The position numbers were made by a program, and so were the translations under genes. A stretch of DNA of 64,000 bases from an uncultured delta proteobacterium. GTDB taxonomy: Bacteria; Desulfobacterota; Syntrophia; Syntrophales; CAMTWB01. Shown here one piece after another: positions 23,995 to 31,693 of this stretch. The DNA is taken from assembly GCA_947085375.1 (NCBI GenBank), contig CAMTWB010000008.1, positions 3,507 to 67,506 on the forward strand, in the 5' to 3' direction. Within the stretch, counting starts at the first letter, position 1. Each line of letters starts with the position of its first letter. Below the pieces are notes generated by a model. That model was not told the origin of the DNA and made no database searches. It saw nothing but the letters and a program-made list of their open reading frames with translations.

Positions 23995-24190
23995 GTTAAG
24001 GGTCTGCGACAAATTTATGGGTAGAGCGGCTTTTTCTCCCCTCTTTCCCCAACTGAGCTTGGGACACAAATATTGCTGGACACGCGAGAAATGAGACCGA
24101 AGAAGGATATTTTTGTTTGATTCCCCCTTTGGGAAAGGGGGGGGCTAGGCCCTGCAAGATTGGACCGCTATAAATTTGTCTCACACCCCT
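23995..24190 (-). repeat. MITE-like repeat, copy A (terminal inverted repeats around AAATTTATGG; internal CCCCTTTCCCAAAGGGG hairpin)
   Basis: The reverse complement aligns with 31358-31580 over both ends. One end shares GTCCAATCTTGCAGGGCC and CCCTTTCCCAAAGGGGG. The other shares TTGGGGAAAGAGGGGAGAAAAA and CCGCTCTACCCATAAATTTG. The central ~70 nt differ. Confidence 0.7.
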
Positions 24191-24520
24191 CTATCCCAAT
24201 CCCCCACCGGCAATCCGGGCCAGGGACCTGGCCAGATTATCCAGCATTGCTTCATCGGGCAGGGTGATGGTCAACTTCATCTTGCCATCCCCTCCCTTTT
24301 CCAGACACTCGGCAAGCTGGCTGGTCTGCTCCGAATCGCCCGAACCGGGCAGAATCTCCCCCAGAAAGGCGAAGGCAGCCCCCAGCAGTTGCCCGCCGGC
24401 GCTGGCGATCCGCTCTTTCCGGGCCAACTCCCGGGCTTCCCTCTCCACCTGCGCCAGCAGGCTTTCATCCCGGTGCGCTTCCGGTTTCGACCCCAGGAGC
24501 ACCTCCAGGCGGCTTTTCAA
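24191..24520 (-). CDS. Hypothetical protein (109 aa, TTG start)
   Basis: ORF only, with no recognisable motif. It abuts repeat copy A. Confidence 0.3.
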   Translation of the reverse strand: MKSRLEVLLGSKPEAHRDESLLAQVEREARELARKERIASAGGQLLGAAFAFLGEILPGSGDSEQTSQLAECLEKGGDGKMKLTITLPDEAMLDNLARSLARIAGGGLG

Positions 24521-24568
24521 TTCCTCGATCGGACAGATCGTGTGCTTTTGACAAGATTAAAAATATCC

Positions 24569-24597
24569 CTTGACAGCTAAAATTAGTCCGAATATAT
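24569..24597 (+). promoter_or_regulatory. Candidate sigma70 promoter upstream of Rrf2-cydABDC
   Basis: TTGACA (24569-24574), a 17-nt spacer, then TATATC (24592-24597). A second TTGACA sits at 24547-24552. Confidence 0.35.
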
Positions 24598-24758
24598 CCT
24601 TACCCGCCTGAAAAACAGTTCTTATTACCCCTCAATAGTCGCGGTCACGCAATAATATGCAAGAGGACTCCCGGATGGTCGCTATCATCGCAAGTTTTTT
24701 TATACGTACCATATAGGAGTAAAATGACCTTATATATCTTGTTTGTAGAGGCGAGGAT

Positions 24759-25211
24759 ATGTTATTAACCAAGGCCGGTGAATACGCCGTTCGCTGCATG
24801 CTTTATCTTGCCGGCGAGGCTGATTGCGAGGTTGTATCTCGCCGGCATGTTGCGGAAGCGATGAATATTCCTGCTCCCTTTTTAGCCAAAATTGCCCAGG
24901 AACTTGCCCGCTGTGGTCTAATCCAGATCGTGCAGGGTAGCAAAGGCGGGTATCGTTTGCGAAAAAATCCTGACGAGATTTCCCTGCTGGACGTAATCGA
25001 GGCGGTAGAAGGCGAAATTTTTTTGAACGAATGTCTCTTTCGTCCGGAGAGTTGTGGCCGCAGCAGCTACTGCAAGGTGCACGGTGTCTGGCAAGAGGCC
25101 CGGGATGGTCTGCGCAACACGTTTCGCCGTACTACTTTGGCGCAATTGTGCTTCTCGGATGATCCCGTCGCGCCGCGAGGCTTTCGGTATTTATTCAACA
25201 GGTGCGAATGA
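24759..25211 (+). CDS. Rrf2-family transcriptional regulator (Cys-containing, IscR/NsrR-like)
   Basis: MLLTKAGEYAVRCMLYLA, a wHTH, and three clustered Cys (C..ESCGRSSYC) typical of Fe-S-binding Rrf2 proteins. Confidence 0.85.
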   Translation: MLLTKAGEYAVRCMLYLAGEADCEVVSRRHVAEAMNIPAPFLAKIAQELARCGLIQIVQGSKGGYRLRKNPDEISLLDVIEAVEGEIFLNECLFRPESCGRSSYCKVHGVWQEARDGLRNTFRRTTLAQLCFSDDPVAPRGFRYLFNRCE

Positions 25212-25229
25212 TTTCTAACCAAAGGAGGT

Positions 25230-26603
25230 ATGATCATGGATGTTTTATTGTTGTCACGCCTGCAATTCGCCTTCACCACTTTTGTGCATTTCATTTTCGT
25301 TCCCTTGACCCTGGGGTTGTCACTTCTGGTGGCGTACATGGAAACGAAATACCTGCGCACTGGCGAAGAAGTGTACAAACGCATGGCCAAGTTTTGGGGC
25401 AAACTGTTTTTAATCAATTTTGCCTTGGGGGTGGTATCTGGTATTGCCCTAGAGTTTCAATTCGGCACTAACTGGTCCCGGTATTCTGCGTATGTGGGAG
25501 ATATTTTTGGGTCGCTGCTGGCTATTGAGGCAACGCTGGCCTTTTTTCTGGAATCTACATTTCTGGCGGTCTGGATTTTTGGTTGGAACAGAATATCCCC
25601 CAAACTGCACAACGCCAGCATCTGGTTGGTGGCCCTGGCTGCCAACATCTCGGCGTTCTGGATACTTATGGCCAACGGCTGGATGCAAAATCCCGTAGGT
25701 TATGTGCTGCGCGGAGATCGGGCAGAGCTGGAAAGCTTTACGGCCTTGATCACTAATCCTTTTGCCTGGCAACAGTTTTTGCATACCTTGAGTGCGGCCT
25801 ATGTGCTAAGTGGATTCTTTGTTCTTGGAATTTCCGCCTGGCATTTGGCTCGGGGCAATCAGGTGGACTTTTTCAAACGGTCTTTCCGGATCGCCGCCCC
25901 GTTTACCATTTTTTTTGCCCTTGCGATCGTTGTTCAGGGCCATCTGCACGGCAACGAAGTGGCTAAAACCCAGCCCGCTAAGGTGGCTGCCATGGAATCC
26001 CACTGGGAGACAATGACCCGTGCGCCCCTTTACCTATTTGTCATCCCTGATCCTGCCAAGGAGCGTAACCTGGTTGAATTGTTGCCCATCCCCGGCGGCC
26101 TTTCCCTGCTGGCCTTTAATTCCCTTGAATCTGAGGTCCGCGGCCTGAAAGATTTTCCGCCAGAGGATAGACCTCCGGTTTCCCTTACCTTTTTCTCATT
26201 CCGAGGTATGGTTGCCCTGGGCCTTCTTTTTCCACTGCTTGCCGCCTGGGTGTGGCTCAGGCGCAAGGATCCGCTGTCATCCCCCGCTATGCTGCGCCTG
26301 TTGCCGTGGGTTATTCCGCTGCCCTACATTGCGATTCAATTGGGTTGGATTGTGGCTGAGGTAGGCCGTCAGCCTTGGATTGTACATGGCATCATGCGTA
26401 CAGAGGATGCCTTTTCACCAGGGGTTTCCGTGGGGCAGGTGGGTTTCAGTCTATTTATGTTTGCTTTGATTTATACTCTATTGGTGGCGGTGGATATCTA
26501 TCTTTTGGCTTCTCACGCCAAGAAGGGGCCAGGGTCAACTGACAACAAGGGCATCTCCCATAAGGATTCTGTCGCTGTAGAGTCGAAGCCTTCCTTGGCC
26601 TGA
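25230..26603 (+). CDS. cydA: Cytochrome bd ubiquinol/menaquinol oxidase subunit I
   Basis: LSRLQFAFTTFVHFIFVPLTLG, GWIVAEVGRQPWIV, 457 aa. Confidence 0.95.
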   Translation: MIMDVLLLSRLQFAFTTFVHFIFVPLTLGLSLLVAYMETKYLRTGEEVYKRMAKFWGKLFLINFALGVVSGIALEFQFGTNWSRYSAYVGDIFGSLLAIEATLAFFLESTFLAVWIFGWNRISPKLHNASIWLVALAANISAFWILMANGWMQNPVGYVLRGDRAELESFTALITNPFAWQQFLHTLSAAYVLSGFFVLGISAWHLARGNQVDFFKRSFRIAAPFTIFFALAIVVQGHLHGNEVAKTQPAKVAAMESHWETMTRAPLYLFVIPDPAKERNLVELLPIPGGLSLLAFNSLESEVRGLKDFPPEDRPPVSLTFFSFRGMVALGLLFPLLAAWVWLRRKDPLSSPAMLRLLPWVIPLPYIAIQLGWIVAEVGRQPWIVHGIMRTEDAFSPGVSVGQVGFSLFMFALIYTLLVAVDIYLLASHAKKGPGSTDNKGISHKDSVAVESKPSLA

Positions 26604-26673
26604 TTGTGTTTGTGGATATCGGCATATCCGTGGCTTACATGTAATCTGAGGTGAATAGACAAAGGAGAAGACC

Positions 26674-27699
26674 ATGTTAGAAATTATCTGGTTTGTACTG
26701 TGGGGTGTGCTTTGGGCGGTGTATTTTGCCCTAGACGGCTACGATCTGGGACTGGGTACCCTGATGCCCGCTCTGGCCAAGGACGAGCGAGATCGGCGGA
26801 TCATATACAATGCCGCCGGGCCCTTCTGGGACGGCAATCAAGTCTGGCTGCTCACGGCCGGTGGCGTAACCTTTGCCGCGTTTCCCGGGGCCTATGCCGC
26901 GCTCTTCAGCGGGCTGTATACGGCGCTAATGCTGTTACTCTTCGCTTTGATCCTGCGCGGGGTTTCCTTTGAATTCCGCCGCAAGGTGGACAGTGTTTCC
27001 TGGCGTAAGGTCTGGGATGTGTGCCACGTGCTCGGTAGTTTTCTCCCTGCCTTACTATTGGGAGTGGCCTTTGCCAATATCTTCAAAGGCATCCCTTTCA
27101 ATGCCCAGGGCATCAACGAAGGAGGTTTGCTGGATCTGCTCAATCCCTACGGCTTGGCTGGCGGCGTTCTCTTTGTGCTGATGTTCTCCCTCCATGGGGC
27201 ATTGTGGCTGGGTGTCAAGGCCGAAGGACCGATTGCCCAGCGCGCTGAGGCGATGGCTGAGAAACTGTGGATGGCGGTGGTGGTCATGCTGGTGCTTTTT
27301 CTGCTGATGACCATCTTTTTCACCAAGCTTTTTGCCAACTATCTCGCCAATCCGTTACTTTTCGTGATTCTGCTTTTACCCGTAATCGGGTTGATCCAGG
27401 TACGCATGGCCTTAGGCAAAAGGGCAATGCTCAAGGCCTGGGCCAATTCCGCGGCGGCCATTGTCGGTGTGACGCTCTTTGGTGTAATTGGCCTGTTCCC
27501 GGCGCTTTTACCATCCAGCCTGGATGTGGCCTACAGCCTGACCATTGCCAACTCAGCCTCTAGCCCCTTGACATTGAAGATTATGCTTGGCGTGGCCTTG
27601 GTGTTTGTCCCCCTGGTGATCGCCTACCAGGCTTGGGTGCATGTGCGGTTTGGACATAAGATTACTGATGCGGACTTGGATTATGAAGAGGCATACTAG
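26674..27699 (+). CDS. cydB: Cytochrome bd oxidase subunit II
   Basis: A 341-aa polytopic membrane protein with LDGYDLGLG and FWDGNQVWLL, immediately after cydA. Confidence 0.9.
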   Translation: MLEIIWFVLWGVLWAVYFALDGYDLGLGTLMPALAKDERDRRIIYNAAGPFWDGNQVWLLTAGGVTFAAFPGAYAALFSGLYTALMLLLFALILRGVSFEFRRKVDSVSWRKVWDVCHVLGSFLPALLLGVAFANIFKGIPFNAQGINEGGLLDLLNPYGLAGGVLFVLMFSLHGALWLGVKAEGPIAQRAEAMAEKLWMAVVVMLVLFLLMTIFFTKLFANYLANPLLFVILLLPVIGLIQVRMALGKRAMLKAWANSAAAIVGVTLFGVIGLFPALLPSSLDVAYSLTIANSASSPLTLKIMLGVALVFVPLVIAYQAWVHVRFGHKITDADLDYEEAY

Positions 27700-27740
27700 G
27701 GTGGCGGCAACCTGCTTTCGCAAACAATGTTGATACGAGA

Positions 27741-29456
27741 TTGCTCATGAGAGGCAAACTCGTATTGGGGGGCGGCTCCAGGTGGCTGCCCCTTTCCTCA
27801 GCGGAAGCGTGGCTATGCACCAAGGCCTTCCCAGACCGGAATTTTCTCATTCTAGCCGTTTCTCTGGGATTACTAGCCGGGCTTTTGCTGATCATTCAGG
27901 CCGGGGTATTGGCAGGAATTGTTCACCAAGTAATCTTTGATGGCAAAGGCTTGCGCGATGTTATTTTGCCTCTTGGGCTGTTGCCGATGACCATTATCCT
28001 GCGTGCGCTTCTGGTCTGGAGTGCTGAGCACTTCGGGTTCAAGGCGGCGGCAGCGGTTAAGACCGCTTTACGAATACAACTTTTCGATCACTTTTTTGCC
28101 CTGGGTCCACAGCGGCTGCGCAGTCGCGCCACGGGCGATCTGGCGCATCAGGTCGTTGATGCCGTGGAGGGTCTGGAAGCTTACTACGCAAGATTCTTGC
28201 CCCAGGCGGCTCAAGCGGCCCTGCTGCCCCTTGCGATGCTGGCCTTTATCCTACCCTTGGACCTGGTTAGCGGTTTGGTTCTGTTGTTTACCGCTCCATT
28301 CATCCCTTTGTTTATGGTGCTAATTGGCAACCGAGCCGAAAAGATGAACCGGCGTCAATGGCGCAAACTGGCCGCTTTGAGTGCCCGGTTCCTGGACAGC
28401 TTGCAAGGCTTAACCACCCTGAAAATGTTCAACGCCAGCCGACGCGAAACAGAGGTGATCGCGAGGATTACGGAAGATTACCGAAAAACCACGGTCTCTG
28501 TTATGCGGGTCGCGTTTCTTTCCGCCTTGATGCTGGAATTTTTAGCTACCGTCAGCGTGGCGGTGGTGGCGGTCTTCATTGGATTTAAGCTGCTGTCCGG
28601 ATCAATCACCTTTCAGGCGGGTTTTTTCATCCTGCTTTTAGCGCCGGAATTCTATCTGCCCCTGCGCACCTTGGGCGCCCACTACCATTCCAGGCTGGCC
28701 GCCCTGGCCGCGGCAGAGGGGATTATCGCCATTATGTCTGAGCCGCCACAACGCCAAACACCGGGAAATAACCGTTTTTCCTGGCCCTTAGTGAACCTTG
28801 ATTTGGAGAATATCAGTTTTAGCCACATCCATGGCCAGGCTTTGCTGCAATACCTCAATGTGCGCATTCCCGCCGGCTCTATCACTGTCCTGGCCGGTCC
28901 CAGTGGAGCGGGTAAGACGACGCTCTTGCGCATCCTGTTGCGCAGCATTACGCCGGATACCGGGAGGCTGTTGGTTAATGGAACGGATTTAAGAGAAGTG
29001 TCCTTTCAAGATTGGCTAACTCATGTCGTCTGGATGCCTCAGGAGCCCTATTTTTTTCAAGGGACGATGCAGGATAACATGCTGATGGGAGCGGCGATTG
29101 ACGTTTCACAAGACCAGTGGTCTGGCCTAAAGCGGGCTGCGGCCATGACCGGGCTCGACCAAGACCTCGCAAACCTCCCAGCGGGCTTGCAAACTACGCT
29201 GGGTGAGGGCGGCTTTGGGCTCTCGGGGGGACAGCGGCAACGACTGGCACTGACTAGGGCGTTTTTTAAGGATGCGCCCCTATTTCTACTGGACGAACCC
29301 ACTGCCCACCTGGATGAGCAGAGCTGCCAAACGGTGCTGGCCGCCCTGCGTAGCTTGGGCGGAAGGCGCACCCTGGTGGTGGCTTCCCACGACCCGCGGG
29401 TTCGGGAGATTGCGGACATCGTCGTGGAGCTGCGCACAGATAAGGACTACCCATGA
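27741..29456 (+). CDS. cydD: Thiol reductant ABC exporter CydD
   Basis: A TMD plus an ABC ATPase (GPSGAGKTTLL, LSGGQRQRLAL, LLDEPTAHLD), following cydAB. Start uncertain (TTG 27741 or ATG 27747). Confidence 0.85.
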   Translation: MLMRGKLVLGGGSRWLPLSSAEAWLCTKAFPDRNFLILAVSLGLLAGLLLIIQAGVLAGIVHQVIFDGKGLRDVILPLGLLPMTIILRALLVWSAEHFGFKAAAAVKTALRIQLFDHFFALGPQRLRSRATGDLAHQVVDAVEGLEAYYARFLPQAAQAALLPLAMLAFILPLDLVSGLVLLFTAPFIPLFMVLIGNRAEKMNRRQWRKLAALSARFLDSLQGLTTLKMFNASRRETEVIARITEDYRKTTVSVMRVAFLSALMLEFLATVSVAVVAVFIGFKLLSGSITFQAGFFILLLAPEFYLPLRTLGAHYHSRLAALAAAEGIIAIMSEPPQRQTPGNNRFSWPLVNLDLENISFSHIHGQALLQYLNVRIPAGSITVLAGPSGAGKTTLLRILLRSITPDTGRLLVNGTDLREVSFQDWLTHVVWMPQEPYFFQGTMQDNMLMGAAIDVSQDQWSGLKRAAAMTGLDQDLANLPAGLQTTLGEGGFGLSGGQRQRLALTRAFFKDAPLFLLDEPTAHLDEQSCQTVLAALRSLGGRRTLVVASHDPRVREIADIVVELRTDKDYP

Positions 29457-31096
29457 GGGAGCTTCGTTTGCTATTATTTTTAGCCAGACACAAATGGCCC
29501 TGGCTGCTTTTGGGCCTTGGATGTTCTGTGATGACGTTGCTTTCCGGCGTGGCTCTGTTTACTCTGGCGGCCTGGTTTTTGGCTTCCATGGCCCTGGCCG
29601 GGGTAAGTGGTGCTTTCTTCAACTACTTCCTCCCCGCGGCAGGCATTCGGACTTTGGCCCTGGCCCGGGTCATTAGCCGCTACGCGGAACGGCTCTTAAG
29701 CCATGACGCTGCCTTGCGAATGCTGGCTCATGTGCGGATATGGTTTTTTGAGCGCCTCGAACCATTGCTTCCGTCTGGCCTGCAAAACGCGCACAGTGCG
29801 GATTTGCTCAGTCGGATGCGGGCGGATATTGACCTTTTGGATAATTTTTATTTGCGGTTGCTGCTGCCGACTCTAACGGCGCTGATCGTAGTTGGCTGCG
29901 GCGTGGTCTTCTTGGTCGGTTTTGACTATGGTCTTGCCCTGGGCGTTTTCGGACTCTGGCTAATGGCGGGTGGTATCGTACCCTTACTCGTCATGCGCCT
30001 AGGAAGGGCAGCGGGCAAGCGACAGGTGACGGGATTTTCTCGGTTGCGCTGCTTGGTGGTGGATGGCTTGAGGGGGATGGAGGAGCTTATCGCCTATGGT
30101 GCGGCGACCCGGCATCGCGATCTTGTGGATAAGGAAAGCCGTGCCTTGTTGAGGGATCAAGCCCGGTTGGCCAGGCTGGACGGTTTTTCCCAGGCTATGG
30201 TTGGATGGTCTTCGGGGATGGCCATGTGGTTGGTTTTGCTGCTAGGCATTCCTTTGGTTCATGACGGATCATGGTCACCGGCAACGTTGCCTATGCTGGC
30301 GGTTTTCACCTTGGTTAGCTTCGAGGCCCTGCAGGCTCTGCCTGCGGCATGGCGCATCTGGGGCCAGATCAGGGCGGCGACGGCCAGAATTATGGACGTA
30401 GCTTTTGCCCCCCTGCCCGTGCCGGAGCCCCGGCAGCCGCTGATGGTTCCGGAACGTTTTGATTTGGAGATTCAAGGGCTTTGCTTTACCTATCCTGGAA
30501 GTGAACGTCCGGTCCTGAACAACCTGACGTTGGTCTTAAATAGAGGCAGACGGGTCGCGATTCTGGGAGCAGTAGGATCAGGCAAGACGACCCTCTTGCA
30601 GTTGCTGTTGCGGTTTTGGGATTACGATCAGGGCCGAATTATTTTGAACGGGCGAGAGTTACGGGAGTATTCGGCCGAGAGTGTCCGCTCGCGCATAGCG
30701 GTGGTATCGCAACATGTTTATCTGTTCAATGCAAGCATCGCCGAAAATCTTCGCCTGGCAAACCCTCACGCAACCGACGGGCAGCTGCTAGCTGCAGCCA
30801 GAGCGGCTTGCATTGAGGATTTCATTCTCTCCTTGCCCAATGGCCTGCAAAGTGCTGTTGGGCAACATGGGACCAGAATTTCCGGAGGCCAAGCCAGGCG
30901 GCTAGCCGTCGCCCGGGCCCTGCTCAAGGATGCCCCGCTTCTGTTTTTGGACGAGCCTACCGAAGGATTGGATGGCCCCACCGAGGTCGCCTTTTGGGAA
31001 ACCCTTGAACCGCTTATGCATAATCATACCGTACTGCTGATTACCCACCGTCAAGCTGGGTTGGAGTACATGGACCAGGTCTTTGAATTGGACTAG
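29453..31096 (+). CDS. cydC: Thiol reductant ABC exporter CydC
   Basis: A TMD plus an ABC ATPase (GAVGSGKTTLL, ISGGQARRLAVA, FLDEPTEGLD). It overlaps cydD by 4 nt. Confidence 0.85.
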   Translation: MRELRLLLFLARHKWPWLLLGLGCSVMTLLSGVALFTLAAWFLASMALAGVSGAFFNYFLPAAGIRTLALARVISRYAERLLSHDAALRMLAHVRIWFFERLEPLLPSGLQNAHSADLLSRMRADIDLLDNFYLRLLLPTLTALIVVGCGVVFLVGFDYGLALGVFGLWLMAGGIVPLLVMRLGRAAGKRQVTGFSRLRCLVVDGLRGMEELIAYGAATRHRDLVDKESRALLRDQARLARLDGFSQAMVGWSSGMAMWLVLLLGIPLVHDGSWSPATLPMLAVFTLVSFEALQALPAAWRIWGQIRAATARIMDVAFAPLPVPEPRQPLMVPERFDLEIQGLCFTYPGSERPVLNNLTLVLNRGRRVAILGAVGSGKTTLLQLLLRFWDYDQGRIILNGRELREYSAESVRSRIAVVSQHVYLFNASIAENLRLANPHATDGQLLAAARAACIEDFILSLPNGLQSAVGQHGTRISGGQARRLAVARALLKDAPLLFLDEPTEGLDGPTEVAFWETLEPLMHNHTVLLITHRQAGLEYMDQVFELD

Positions 31097-31357
31097 GGAA
31101 GGCTTTATCCTAAAGCGGCTCTTTCAGCTCCTCTGTATCTTTTGCCAAAACCAACGTCCTGTCAGGTCGTTTCCATCTTGTAGGTGGCTCTTGGTGGGGC
31201 GGCCTCCATCGCAATCTCTTTGTCCAGGTCGGCTAAATAAAGATTGTCGGATTCGTCTCCTCCCCCTCCCCCCCCCTTGCTCCCTCCCACGCTGGGGAGT
31301 GACGAGGTTATAGCGTTCGCACCTGCCTAGCCATAACTGAATCTTAAGCCCTTGACC

Positions 31358-31580
31358 GGTGGGTATGCGAGAAATTTATGGCTGTCCAATCTTGCAGGGC
31401 CCTGCCCCCCCCCCTTTCCCAAAGGGGGGCAGGGGGGATTTTCCCAAAGGGGGGCAGGGAGGATTTATAATAAAAGCCATAGGTTATTTATGGTTTGCCA
31501 AATCTCCCCCGACCCATCTTGGGGAAAGAGGGGAGAAAAAACCGCTCTACCCATAAATTTGCCGCACACCCTTGACCGGT
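31358..31580 (+). repeat. MITE-like repeat, copy B (inverted relative to copy A)
   Basis: TIRs: GGTGGGTATGCGAGAAATTTATGG at the left end versus the reverse complement of CCATAAATTTGCCGCACACCCTTGACC at the right end. The CCCAAAGGGGGGCAGGG module is duplicated internally. A 12-bp CCCTTGACCGGT occurs at 31349-31360 and 31569-31580. Confidence 0.7.
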
Positions 31581-31693
31581 TTTCAGCTTGACAGTCCCCT
31601 GCTAAATCCATATAGTCAACAAACTGCGAACCGTTTAATTCTATGAGATATTATTCGGATGAGCATGATTTTTACAATTTGAAAGGGGTTACT

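Noticed and set aside
31100-31330. A minus-strand reading frame ending ...ESDNLYLADLDKEIAMEAAPPRATYKMETT*, downstream of cydC, which could be a gene remnant
   Set aside because: There is no start codon in frame, it contains a poly-Gly run derived from a C/G homopolymer tract, and it has no recognisable family. It cannot be supported from sequence alone.
31352-31591. ORFs of 79, 65 and 62 aa encoded on the MITE-like repeats (31352-31591, 31359-31556, 23996-24184), which look conserved between the two copies (…ILQG.APPFPKGG…)
   Set aside because: The similarity is explained by nucleotide-level repeat conservation. The frames run through palindromic hairpin modules, lack an RBS, and the cores between the conserved ends are unrelated.
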